A stretch of DNA of 64,000 bases from an uncultured Clostridia bacterium (lineage in GTDB: Bacteria; Bacillota; Clostridia; Oscillospirales; Ruminococcaceae): positions 1 through 64,000 of the forward strand of contig CANRAS010000007.1 in assembly GCA_947628655.1 (NCBI GenBank), in the 5' to 3' direction. The notes below the pieces were generated by a model. That model was not told the origin of the DNA. It worked only from the letters and a program-made list of their open reading frames with translations, and searched no databases. Below, one piece after another: positions 28,159-37,484 of the stretch (position 1 is its first letter; each line of letters begins with the position of its first letter). Made by a program: the position numbers and the translations under genes.

Positions 28159-30285
28159 TTACTCGTTCTCTTTCGCTTTCCTCTTAGCCTCAATATCCGC
28201 GAGCGCGTCTTTTCTGGAGAGGTTAATTCTGCCTTGGCTGTCGATTTCCATAACCTTGACGATTATCTCGTCGCCGATTGAAACCACGTCCTCAACCTTG
28301 TCAACACGGTGATTTTCCAGCTTGGAAATATGCACCATACCGTCCTTGCCGGGAGCGATTTCCACAAACGCACCGAAGTTCATTATGCGAACAACCTTGC
28401 CCTTGTAAATTGCGCCAATCTCAGGCGGGTTTACTATTGTGCTGATGACCTGTACACAAGCATTCGCCTTGTCAAGATCGGTACCGCAAATAAATACGTT
28501 TCCGTCCTCGTCCACGTCAATCTTGCACTCAAAGTCAGCGCAGAGTTTCTGGATAACCTTTCCGCCCTTGCCGATAACGTCGCTGATTTTATCAACGGGA
28601 ACTTTCGTCGTGAGCATCTTCGGCGCATACTTGCCGACCGTTTCACGCGGCGCGGGAATTGCTTTGAGCATTATTTCGTCAATGATATAGTCGCGCGCTT
28701 TGTGAGTTTTCTCAAACGCGCTCTTGATTATTTCGGGAGTAAGTCCGTCTATTTTCAAGTCCATTTGAATAGCCGTGATACCCTCGTGCGTACCCGCGAC
28801 TTTAAAGTCCATATCGCCGAAGAAGTCCTCGACGCCCTGTATATCGACCATTGTCATCCAGCGTTCGCCTTCGGTGATAAGACCGCACGAAATACCCGCA
28901 ACGGGCTTTCTGATCGGTACGCCCGCGTCCATAAGCGCAAGCGTAGAACCGCATACCGAACCCTGCGATGTGGAGCCGTTCGAGGACAGCACTTCCGACA
29001 CCAGACGTATCGCATACGGGAACTCCTCAATCGAGGGAATTACAGGCACAAGTGCGCGTTCAGCGAGCGCACCGTGTCCGATTTCACGTCTGCCGGGACC
29101 GCGCGACGCCTTTGTTTCACCGACGGAGTACGACGGGAAGTTGTAGTGGTGAATATAACGCTTGCTTTCCTCCTCGTCAAGTCCCTCCAGCTTTTGAGCG
29201 TCAGACACGGGACCTAACGTGCAAATCGTCATAACCTGCGTCTGTCCGCGCGTGAATATACCCGAACCGTGTACTCTCGGCAGAACGCCGACCTCGGCAG
29301 CCAGCGGGCGCATTTGGTCGAGCGCACGTCCGTCAACGCGCTTGCCGTCGTCAAGCAGCCAACGGCGCACGATGAACTTTTGAAGTTTGTACATACATTC
29401 ATCTATCATCGCCGTCTGTTCGGGATACTGTTCGTCAAACTTTTCGTGAACTTCCGCGTAAATGGGCTGTAAACGTTCCTCGCGGATATTCTTGTCGTCC
29501 GTATCCATAGCGTAGCGCACTTTTTCGATAGCAAATTCGCTTATCGCGTCATACATATCGTGGTCAACTTCCATACTCTCAAACGAGAACTTCGGCTTGC
29601 CTATCTGCGCTTGAATATCTTTGATAAACGGAATAATCGAGTTTACAATCTCGTTGTGACCCGCCATAATAGCGTCAAACATCACGTCGTCCGTTACCTC
29701 GTTAGCGCCCGCCTCTATCATAACGACTTTCTTTTCAGACGAAGCGACCGTCAGATTGAGGTCGGATTTCGCACGCTGTTCGGCGTTCGGCATAAGGACG
29801 ATTTCGCCGTCAACAAGTCCGACGGAAATTCCGCCGATAGGACCGTTCCACGGAACATCGGAGATAGAAACCGCGATAGACGCGCCTATCATTCCCATTA
29901 TTTCGGGAGAGCAATCTGGGTCAACGGACAGCACCGTCATTGTAATCGCCACATCGTTGCGCATATCCTTCGGGAACAGCGGGCGCATCGGGCGGTCTAC
30001 AACGCGCGAAGTGAGAATAGCCTTTTCGGAGGGCTTACCCTCACGTCGCAGAAAGCCTCCGGGAATTTTGCCGACGGAGTAGAGTTTTTCTTCATAGTCA
30101 ACAGAAAGCGGGAAGAAGTCTACGCCGTCGCGCGGTTTCGGTGACGCGGTAACGTTCACCATAACCACGGTTTCGCCGTATCTTACCCAACACGAACCGT
30201 TCGCCAGACCGCACAGCTTGCCTGTTTCAACGGTAAGTTCACGCCCCGCGAACATGGTTTTGAATACCTTGTAATTTTCAAACAT
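28159..30285 (-). CDS. pnp: polynucleotide phosphorylase (PNPase)
   Basis: 708 aa with two RNase PH domains, KH and S1 (..GRINLSRKD..). N-terminus MFENYKVFKTMFAGRELTVETGK. Conserved position downstream of rpsO. Confidence 0.95.
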   Translation of the reverse strand: MFENYKVFKTMFAGRELTVETGKLCGLANGSCWVRYGETVVMVNVTASPKPRDGVDFFPLSVDYEEKLYSVGKIPGGFLRREGKPSEKAILTSRVVDRPMRPLFPKDMRNDVAITMTVLSVDPDCSPEIMGMIGASIAVSISDVPWNGPIGGISVGLVDGEIVLMPNAEQRAKSDLNLTVASSEKKVVMIEAGANEVTDDVMFDAIMAGHNEIVNSIIPFIKDIQAQIGKPKFSFESMEVDHDMYDAISEFAIEKVRYAMDTDDKNIREERLQPIYAEVHEKFDEQYPEQTAMIDECMYKLQKFIVRRWLLDDGKRVDGRALDQMRPLAAEVGVLPRVHGSGIFTRGQTQVMTICTLGPVSDAQKLEGLDEEESKRYIHHYNFPSYSVGETKASRGPGRREIGHGALAERALVPVIPSIEEFPYAIRLVSEVLSSNGSTSQGSVCGSTLALMDAGVPIRKPVAGISCGLITEGERWMTMVDIQGVEDFFGDMDFKVAGTHEGITAIQMDLKIDGLTPEIIKSAFEKTHKARDYIIDEIMLKAIPAPRETVGKYAPKMLTTKVPVDKISDVIGKGGKVIQKLCADFECKIDVDEDGNVFICGTDLDKANACVQVISTIVNPPEIGAIYKGKVVRIMNFGAFVEIAPGKDGMVHISKLENHRVDKVEDVVSIGDEIIVKVMEIDSQGRINLSRKDALADIEAKRKAKENE

Positions 30286-30315
30286 ATTTTAATATCCTTT
30301 CAATTGGACGAAATA

Positions 30316-30352
30316 CTCGCAAAAGGGCAGTAAACAAGCTGTTTTTCTGCCC
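30316..30352 (-). terminator. rpsO terminator / pnp leader hairpin
   Basis: On the minus strand: gggcagaaaaacagcttgtttactgccc followed by UUUUGCGAG, between rpsO and pnp. This is the classical RNase III-processed pnp leader position. Confidence 0.55.
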
Positions 30353-30371
30353 TGTAAATCTTCTTAGGCGA

Positions 30372-30638
30372 TTACTTTCTCAAGCCTAATTTAGCAACGA
30401 TAGCACGATAGCGTTCAATATCCTTTTTCTGGAGATAGTTCAGCAGATTTCTTCTGCGACCTACCATTTTAAGCAGACCGCGCGTTGAGTGATGGTCTTT
30501 CTTGTGAACCTTGATATGCTCGGTGAGTTCGTTTATCCTCTTAGTAAGGATAGCGATTTGCACTTCGGGCGAACCCGTATCTTTTTCGTGCTTGCGGTTA
30601 GCCTCGATAACAGCCGTTTTTTCTTCTTTTCTTAACAT
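30372..30638 (-). CDS. rpsO: 30S ribosomal protein S15
   Basis: 88 aa, ..[48 protein letters not shown].. is canonical S15. Confidence 0.95.
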   Translation of the reverse strand: MLRKEEKTAVIEANRKHEKDTGSPEVQIAILTKRINELTEHIKVHKKDHHSTRGLLKMVGRRRNLLNYLQKKDIERYRAIVAKLGLRK

Positions 30639-30762
30639 AATAACACCTCATAAAATATAGTCCGCGTCACAGCAAAGGGGCGATGGTGCGTCTCCGATAC
30701 GGAGCAAAACCCGCGATCCGTGGAGCGGTAGTTTCCCGTGCGTACTCCAATCAGTACACAAC
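30639..30762 (-). promoter_or_regulatory. rpsO 5' leader (~125 nt, structured; candidate S15 autoregulatory element)
   Basis: Transcribed from the minus-strand promoter at 30769-30797. Contains the hairpin gtact-gattgga-gtac and a GC-rich helix upstream of RBS GAGGTG. Confidence 0.4.
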
Positions 30763-30768
30763 AATAAT

Positions 30769-30797
30769 ATTATAACACAAATAAAACGATTTGTAAA
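30769..30797 (-). promoter_or_regulatory. rpsO promoter (TTTACA-17-TATAAT)
   Basis: Reverse strand reads ctttacaaatcgttttatttgtgttataat. Confidence 0.55.
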
Positions 30798-30828
30798 GGG
30801 GGATTTTGAAAAAAATTTAATTATTTTG

Positions 30829-30857
30829 TTGACAAACAAATATATTTGTGTTATAAT
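30829..30857 (+). promoter_or_regulatory. divergent promoter (TTGACA-17-TATAAT) driving a ~470 nt leader toward the SPFH gene
   Basis: ttgacaaacaaatatatttgtgttataat. It shares the ATTTGTGTTATAAT -10 region sequence with the back-to-back rpsO promoter. Confidence 0.55.
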
Positions 30858-30863
30858 ATTCCC

Positions 30864-31339
30864 ACACCGCGATGTTTTCTGCGGGCGCTTTGCGCTTTGC
30901 GGGGCATTGGGCTGCGCGCCGTTTCGGTTTTGCGTATTGCCGGGTGTGACAAGCGCTTGACGCTTTATTGGCAGCATTGGGAAACTCGGTTTTTCAATGC
31001 ATTTGGGTTCGACTCCCGCCTGTATATGGGATACAGATCGTACTGTCCATACGATAAGGAAAATTGTTCCGTTTCTCGCCGAATGAAACTCGTTTCGTTC
31101 GACAGCGTTTTTCAGACCTTGTCGGACAGAGGATACCGCACGATAACGCTTTTCGCCGCTTTGCGGGAAGTTCTCCGCAGACCCGCGTTCAGTGAAACCG
31201 CGCTCAATTTGTCCGCCGTCTGAACGGCGTTGAAACGGAGCATACGAACACATGCGCTTATGCGCTTTTTATATATTAAAAACAGCTAAACCGCGCGGTT
31301 TAAATGCGCGGGTTGTTTTCGGAAACGGAGGAATATAAT
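30864..31339 (+). promoter_or_regulatory. long structured 5' leader or independent ncRNA (unclassified) ending in weak terminator-like hairpins before the SPFH start
   Basis: No credible ORF. GC-rich helices, a tRNA T-arm-like GGGTTCGACTCCC at about 31004, and hairpins accgcgcggt / gcgcttatgcgcttttt at about 31250-31300. The overlapping 201 aa and 125 aa ORFs look spurious. Confidence 0.3.
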
Positions 31340-32452
31340 ATGAAAGTAATAATCAACAGCAACGAAAAGGGACTTCTGTTTAAAAACGGTATATTAAGCG
31401 ATATTTTGAGCGCGGGGAAATACCGTTCGAGCCGTTCTAAGTTTATAGAAGTGCTTAACATCGGCGAAGAAATAAATTCACAAAAGGCGACGGCGGCGCA
31501 GATACTTGCAAAAGCGGAGAGCCGAGGAAAGTCTGCGGAGATAAGCGGGATTACCGTAAAAAACGGCGAGGTCGCTTTGCATTACATAAACGGAGTATTT
31601 GACGGTGCGCTGACCGCAGGCGAGCATTTGTTCTGGAACGAGGACGGACAGCACGAGTTTCAGACTTACTCCGCAAAAGAACCCAAAATAACCGACATTC
31701 CCGCGAATATCGCAATGAATTTGGGCGCGGGAATTGTCACGGAAATAAACGTCCCCGCCGAGTGCAGGACGGTAGTTTACTATGACGGAAAACCCGCTGA
31801 GTATCTCGATCCGGGGCGGTATTTCTACTGGAACGGCGCTGTTAAAGTGACTTTTCAGTCTTTCGGTATGCGGATAACCGCGCTTAATATCAACGGGCAG
31901 GAGATACTCACAAAAGATAAAGTCGGCGTGCGTGTGAACTTTACGGCGAACTGGCGCATTGCGGACTTCAAGAAACTTTCGGAGAATTATCAGTCCGCAG
32001 AACTCGCGCTTTATTCTGCCGCTCAGCTTGTACTGCGTGATTATCTGAGTTCTAAAACAGTTGATGAACTGTTGTCCGACAGGGGCAGTATAGGCGGGGA
32101 AGTCCTCGCGGAACTAAAAAAACGCGCCGAGGAAATGTACATTGAAGTGCTTTCGGCGGGCATAAAGGACATTATTCTGCCGGGCGAAATCAGCGCGATA
32201 ATGAATTCCGTTCTCGCGGCTGAAAAGCGTGCGCAGGCGAATGTGATAACGCGCCGCGAGGAGGTAGCGTCAACGCGTTCGCTGTTGAACACGGCGAAAC
32301 TTATGGACGAAAACGCGACTTTGCGCAGGCTTAAAGAACTTGAGTACATCGAGAAAATCTGCGAGAACGTCGGCGAGATAACCGTGGACGCAAGGAGCAG
32401 TTTGCTGACGCAGTTGGGGGAGATAATTGGAGGGAAGACTGATAGAAGTTAG
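31340..32452 (+). CDS. SPFH/band-7 domain protein (stomatin/prohibitin-like)
   Basis: RBS GGAGG. SPFH core (..GVRVNFTANWRIADF.., ..IEVLSAGIKDIILPGEISAIMNSVLAAEKRAQANVI..). The ORF track start at 31304 precedes the RBS. Confidence 0.7.
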   Translation: MKVIINSNEKGLLFKNGILSDILSAGKYRSSRSKFIEVLNIGEEINSQKATAAQILAKAESRGKSAEISGITVKNGEVALHYINGVFDGALTAGEHLFWNEDGQHEFQTYSAKEPKITDIPANIAMNLGAGIVTEINVPAECRTVVYYDGKPAEYLDPGRYFYWNGAVKVTFQSFGMRITALNINGQEILTKDKVGVRVNFTANWRIADFKKLSENYQSAELALYSAAQLVLRDYLSSKTVDELLSDRGSIGGEVLAELKKRAEEMYIEVLSAGIKDIILPGEISAIMNSVLAAEKRAQANVITRREEVASTRSLLNTAKLMDENATLRRLKELEYIEKICENVGEITVDARSSLLTQLGEIIGGKTDRS

Positions 32453-32527
32453 AGGTAAAATTGCCCCCGCCAACGGCGGGGGCGTTTTCTTATCTCTTAC
32501 AAGGCAATCCGCTTGGCGTATTACCCA

Positions 32528-34966
32528 CTACTTCCCTTTCTTCCGCACATTCGGGTTATCGTTGGGTTCGCGCATAATTACGTCATACAAACGGCGCGTT
32601 TTGTTGGACTTATTATTCTTCTTGGATTTTAGCATATCAAGTTCCGACGGTTCGGGAGGTTCGGGCGCGGCGGGTTCGGGGTAGGGTTCGCGCTCCTCTG
32701 TCCAGAAACCCTGCGGCGCGTTTTCGGGAGTAATAGGCTCTGCCGAACGCACATCGCCGTTCTCGGACTGCTCCAACACGTCAAATATACTGCCGATGTC
32801 CTTGAACGGTTCGAGTTCGGGCGGGTTTTCATCGGAATAAAACAGCGGGTTTTCCTCCCTCGGCAGGAGTATGTCCGCCTGCGGCGCGGTAAGCACGGGT
32901 GCGCCCGCCGCCTTGCCGTATGCGCTGATAGCCGCCGCGTTCTTCTTTATCACCTTGGGTTTGGGCGGCTGAATTTCGGGCGGTTTTTTCTCCGCGGTTT
33001 TCCGCTCGGACTGTTGTGTTTCGGGCGGTTTCTTTTCCGACGGTTTTTTCTGCGTTTGTTTCTTTTCGGGTAACTGAATTTCGGGCGCTTTTTTCTCGCC
33101 TTGCCTGCGCTCGGACTTCGTGCGTTTATTTTTCCGCATTTCCTCGGGAACTTCGTCGTATATCGGGAACGGAGGTTCTTTGGGTTCGGCAGAGATTGCC
33201 TGTGCCTGCTCGTCAACCGTTATGCGCGGGAACTCCTCGGCGAAAAACGGCAGGGGTTTTTCAATCGCGCTCGCCTTGTTCCTGCGCGCCTCTTCCTCCT
33301 CGTCAAGTTCCCTGCGGCGGGCTATTTCGGCAGCTTTCTCGCGTTTTATGCGCTTTTCTTCTTCAAGACGAAGTTCAAGTGCTTGCAAGTTCTCGCGCGG
33401 AGTGGGGCGTGGTTCTTCGGATTTACTCGGCGAACTGCTCGGCTGCGCGCCGAACGGCTGAAATCCCGCGGGGTCGGGTCTAGGGTCGTAAGTTTCGCGC
33501 CCTAGGCTCTCGCCGTTGCGGATAACGTGGGAGATATGCGGCGGGTCGTTCTTCCTGCGCTGTTTGGTCGGCGAAGTAAAGAAACCCTCTTTAAACACGC
33601 GCTCCTCTTCGGGGTCGGGCGGAGTTGGCTCGACAGGCTGAGGGATTGCGCTGCGGCTTATTCTTTCGGGCATAAACGGCTTTACTACGCGTTCTTTCGG
33701 CTGTTGAGGAATTTCCTGTTCCTTTTTGGGAACTTCCACTATCGGCGTACTTTTGGATATGTCGACGTTCAGCGAATAGTCGAGGAAATTATCGAGTTCC
33801 TCTGCGGAGATTTCGCCGTTTTTAACCTTTTGTTTCATTGCCTCAAGATAACTGCGCCAATATTCATACTCCTTGACGCTCATATTCTTATCCACGCGCG
33901 CGTACATCTTATCGGTGACTTCGCGCGATTTCTTTTCTAGAGCGTCCGTAATAGTCGGCTTTGGGTGTTCCGCCTGCCAGATTTCAAGGCAGGTTTTGCC
34001 GTTCGGGACAATTCGCGAGCAGTATTCTTCGAGGTGGTCTTTATCCTGTAGGAAATAACGTCCGCACCGTTTGCATTTCGCAAGCCACTCGCCGTTTTCT
34101 ATCATTGCGTCTATTTCGAGGTCAATCGCGGCTTTCAGACTGCACGGCATATAGATTTTTTCAACATAACCGTCCATTTTACCGCGGACAACTCCGTAAT
34201 TCGCCAAATCCTGCGGCAGACCCGCTTTCATTTTGGAAAACGCGTCCATCGCTATTTTATCGGAAATTTCGTTATAATCGCCTACGTCGGAATAATCCTC
34301 GCTATAGTCAAAATCGAACAGCACGTTGCGCACGATGTCCTTTGAAACTGTCGGGAAAAGAAACGGCGCTGTCGGCACTCTGCCGACGGAGAACACTTTA
34401 ACAACGCCCAAATCCTCTATACGACAGCCCATTTCACGAGCAGTAACGCTGAATGTTAAGTCAAAGTAATTTCGCCTGGCGACAGCCTCGTCCACGGTTT
34501 TTATGCCGTTTACGAAGATGAAATCCGTTTTACTGCGCGCATAATCCTGCACACGGACAATGTTCTGCCACTCGTTTATCGCGCGGTTATAGCGGAAATC
34601 ACATAACCGCGAGAAAACGGCTTTGTCAAAGTCGGTCTTACAACGGATAAATCTGTTCCACAAAACGCCGACGCCGATATTGTCGCGCCTGCAAACGTAG
34701 TCTATCCAACAATCCAACACAAGTTTTTCATATGTCGTTCTTATATTATGCTCGATATAGCAGTGCGCCGACTGCACGTCACGGCGAAGTTCCGCCATAC
34801 GGTCAAGGTCGGGAGTACCTGTTTTTAACGATTCATTGCAAACGGCAATAGAATGTTTAGCGAAGTATGAAAAATCATACTCGCAAAAATCCAGCAAGCT
34901 CGCAGGATAACGCAATGTGAATATCTCGTTGGAGGTTTTCCCCACGAGTTTAAGCGTTCTTGCCAT
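32528..34966 (-). CDS. uncharacterised 812 aa protein: ~400 aa N-terminal domain with a CxxC..C zinc-ribbon, plus ~400 aa Pro/Glu/Lys-rich disordered tail with internal repeats
   Basis: Clean ORF. CKRCGRYF..C..C motif. DNA-level repeats at about 32960-33110 encode KKPPE(I/T)Q units. No recognisable catalytic motif. Confidence 0.5.
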   Translation of the reverse strand: MARTLKLVGKTSNEIFTLRYPASLLDFCEYDFSYFAKHSIAVCNESLKTGTPDLDRMAELRRDVQSAHCYIEHNIRTTYEKLVLDCWIDYVCRRDNIGVGVLWNRFIRCKTDFDKAVFSRLCDFRYNRAINEWQNIVRVQDYARSKTDFIFVNGIKTVDEAVARRNYFDLTFSVTAREMGCRIEDLGVVKVFSVGRVPTAPFLFPTVSKDIVRNVLFDFDYSEDYSDVGDYNEISDKIAMDAFSKMKAGLPQDLANYGVVRGKMDGYVEKIYMPCSLKAAIDLEIDAMIENGEWLAKCKRCGRYFLQDKDHLEEYCSRIVPNGKTCLEIWQAEHPKPTITDALEKKSREVTDKMYARVDKNMSVKEYEYWRSYLEAMKQKVKNGEISAEELDNFLDYSLNVDISKSTPIVEVPKKEQEIPQQPKERVVKPFMPERISRSAIPQPVEPTPPDPEEERVFKEGFFTSPTKQRRKNDPPHISHVIRNGESLGRETYDPRPDPAGFQPFGAQPSSSPSKSEEPRPTPRENLQALELRLEEEKRIKREKAAEIARRRELDEEEEARRNKASAIEKPLPFFAEEFPRITVDEQAQAISAEPKEPPFPIYDEVPEEMRKNKRTKSERRQGEKKAPEIQLPEKKQTQKKPSEKKPPETQQSERKTAEKKPPEIQPPKPKVIKKNAAAISAYGKAAGAPVLTAPQADILLPREENPLFYSDENPPELEPFKDIGSIFDVLEQSENGDVRSAEPITPENAPQGFWTEEREPYPEPAAPEPPEPSELDMLKSKKNNKSNKTRRLYDVIMREPNDNPNVRKKGK

Positions 34967-34995
34967 ACTGCCACTCCCTTTCTTTTAAACTAAAT

Positions 34996-35853
34996 CTATT
35001 CTTCGACCGAAGTTGAACTTGAAGTACTTGAAATACTTGATGTACTCGATGTACTTGACTTCTTTGACGAAGATTCCGTCGAACTGATTTGCTCTACGAG
35101 ATACGGGTTTTCGCGGACGTTTTTGCCGTCAACATAGAGTATCTCAACGTCCTTGCCGTTTCGCTTTACCTTGCCCCACGTCACGAAATTCTGGCTTAAA
35201 TCCGTATACGCCGCCGTGTGGACGGGCATACAGCCGTATACTTTCTTTGCAATTCCCTTTGGAAGTTTAACATCATCGCCCGTATACTCCACATAATACG
35301 CCATTGTTTTGCGGGCGGGCGTTATGTCGAGATAGCGCACAATGCGGTATTCGCCCGATTCGGACAATTCTTCAAAACTCTCGTCGCGCTCTGTAAGGTC
35401 GGGTCCTACAAAGCTGATATTGCCCATAAATCTCTCAAATCCGATATGCCCCGCCGCGCCGATTACGAACAGCAAAAGATACATCGTACCCAACACGGTT
35501 TTCAGCGTTTCATTCGACGTATTCACAAAGAACAGCACAAGCATTACAACAACGGGCGGGATTATGATGTACCAGTTTCCAAAGCCGAAAAACATTATCA
35601 TAAACACGATAGGCGGCAGGATATATGAATTTATCTGCGTCATTACCTGCTTTCTTGACAAAATCATCAAGCCCATAGCCGCGACGTTTATAAACAAATA
35701 CAACACGAACACGGGCGTTGGGTTCTCGAACTGGAAATAATACCCAAAGCACAGCCACGCCATAAACGCCATAAACGCCGTATATCCCCAGCAAATGACC
35801 GATATTACCCGCCGAAACCAGACGTTCTTAAAAAAAGCCAACAGCTTATCCAT
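34996..35853 (-). CDS. hypothetical membrane protein with a C-terminal Ser/Thr-rich tail
   Basis: Four predicted TM helices at the N-terminus. The C-terminal ..SSTESSSKKSSTSSTSSISSTSSSTS is low complexity. Confidence 0.45.
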   Translation of the reverse strand: MDKLLAFFKNVWFRRVISVICWGYTAFMAFMAWLCFGYYFQFENPTPVFVLYLFINVAAMGLMILSRKQVMTQINSYILPPIVFMIMFFGFGNWYIIIPPVVVMLVLFFVNTSNETLKTVLGTMYLLLFVIGAAGHIGFERFMGNISFVGPDLTERDESFEELSESGEYRIVRYLDITPARKTMAYYVEYTGDDVKLPKGIAKKVYGCMPVHTAAYTDLSQNFVTWGKVKRNGKDVEILYVDGKNVRENPYLVEQISSTESSSKKSSTSSTSSISSTSSSTSVEE

Positions 35854-36148
35854 TTTTAGTCCTCTCTTAAACGAAGTTTATTTTCAAAGCGCTAAATTTA
35901 TAAAAACAATACTACATATTATATTGTATAACAAAATCGGAAAAAATGCAAGTAGTTTTCGGCATTTTGGAGAAAAAAATTAGCGAGAAGATAAATGCCC
36001 CTCCGCCGTTATCAGTTTATAGTGTTGAGTTAAAAGTGCATAGTAACAAGCGTTTCCCCGCCATCGACGGTGAGTACGCTTGTAAATTAAATTGCCGTTC
36101 CCCCGCCGCAGGCGGGGGAACGGCTTACTACGCACTATTCCCTAACTA

Positions 36149-37318
36149 CTAATTATCTTTCCCTTGATTGAACTTTCTAAGCAGAGTATCTATATCCTGC
36201 GAATCGCTGAAACCGTCCGCGAACGGCGCGCTCCCGCGTTCTTCGTCAAACCCGTCGGGAGTGGGTCCCTCAACGGGAATGTTCGGCGAGGATTTCCCTG
36301 TAAGTACATTCGGCATCGGGTCGTCCGCGAAGTCGGTTGCCACGACAATAAGCGATATTTCATCGTCCGCGAGGTCTTCATCAAATACTATTCCGCACTT
36401 GAACTTCGCGTCCGCATTGAACTTCTCGGATATTTCCTTGGAAAGTCCGTCAAACTCGTCAAGCGGGAAACTTGACGGTATGCTGACGTTCAGAAGTCCG
36501 CGGCGCGCGCCCTGTATCGAGGTTTCGAGCAGAGGACTGTTCAGCACCTCGTTCAGCGCGTCGTCAATCTTGTTGTCGCCCTTGCCCTTGCCTATCGCGA
36601 TGTGAGCAATTCCGCTTTCACGCAATGCCATTGTAATATCGGCAAAGTCAACGTTTATGTATCCGTCGCCCTGTAACAGCTTTATCATACCCGTTACGGC
36701 TTTGCACAAAATATCGTCAACTTCGCCGAACGCCTCTTTAAGAGAAACCTTTGGCTTTGAGGATTTAAGCTCGCGCACGCGGTCGTTCGGTATGATGATA
36801 AGCGCGTCCACATACTTCTTCATCTCGGAAACGCCGCCTATCGCCATTTGCATTTTAGCGGCGCCCTCCCAATCAAATGGCTTTGTGACTACGCCCACGG
36901 TAAGTATTCCCTTTTCCTTAGCGACAGCCGCCACAACGGGCGCTGCGCCCGTACCCGTGCCGCCGCCCATTCCTGCCGCGACAAACAGCATTGAAACGCC
37001 GTCGAGAGCCTGCGCTATATCGTCGCGGTTTTCCTCGGCGGAGGCTTGTCCCTTGGACGGGTCGTTGCCCGCGCCCTGTCCGCGCGTTGTCTTGCGACCT
37101 ATCTGGATACGTTTCATCTTGCTTGCGTCCTTTTTTCTGAGCGCGGCAACATCGGTATTCGCTATCACATACTCCACGTCAAGCACACCGCTGTCCACCA
37201 TATGCGCGGCGGCGTTTCCGCCCGCGCCTCCGACGCCGAACACCATTATTTTGGTGTTCATCTGAAAATCGTCGGAAAGTTCAAATCCATCGTCAATATC
37301 ATCAATCGTAAAAGCCAT
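36149..37318 (-). CDS. ftsZ: cell division protein FtsZ
   Basis: Tubulin signature IMVFGVGGAGGNAAAHM plus the T7 loop region; 389 aa. Last gene of the dcw cluster. Confidence 0.9.
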   Translation of the reverse strand: MAFTIDDIDDGFELSDDFQMNTKIMVFGVGGAGGNAAAHMVDSGVLDVEYVIANTDVAALRKKDASKMKRIQIGRKTTRGQGAGNDPSKGQASAEENRDDIAQALDGVSMLFVAAGMGGGTGTGAAPVVAAVAKEKGILTVGVVTKPFDWEGAAKMQMAIGGVSEMKKYVDALIIIPNDRVRELKSSKPKVSLKEAFGEVDDILCKAVTGMIKLLQGDGYINVDFADITMALRESGIAHIAIGKGKGDNKIDDALNEVLNSPLLETSIQGARRGLLNVSIPSSFPLDEFDGLSKEISEKFNADAKFKCGIVFDEDLADDEISLIVVATDFADDPMPNVLTGKSSPNIPVEGPTPDGFDEERGSAPFADGFSDSQDIDTLLRKFNQGKDN

Positions 37319-37484
37319 AACTTTTAATTCTCCTCCTGCTTTTTACGTCTATATACAGTAGTACTTATTTTATTATAACACATTAAACAGGAAATTGCAA
37401 CCCATTTTTCAAATTATTTTATAATTATTGGCAGGTATTTTATGACAATAATTACCAAAAGCCCACACATACGCTGTTAAAGCG

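Noticed and set aside
30995-31030. tRNA/tmRNA-like T-arm sequence GGGTTCGACTCCCGCC
   Set aside because: The flanks do not provide a 5 bp T-stem or a 3' acceptor plus CCA. No tmRNA tag-coding (..YALAA) or 5' GGGG acceptor is present. I judged it a chance match inside the leader.
30648-31253. 201 aa minus-strand ORF (and the overlapping 125 aa plus-strand ORF) in the rpsO-SPFH intergenic region
   Set aside because: It runs through two divergent consensus promoters and a structured leader and has low-complexity composition. It ends 10 nt from the rpsO start. It is most likely a GC-driven spurious ORF over a non-coding leader or ncRNA.
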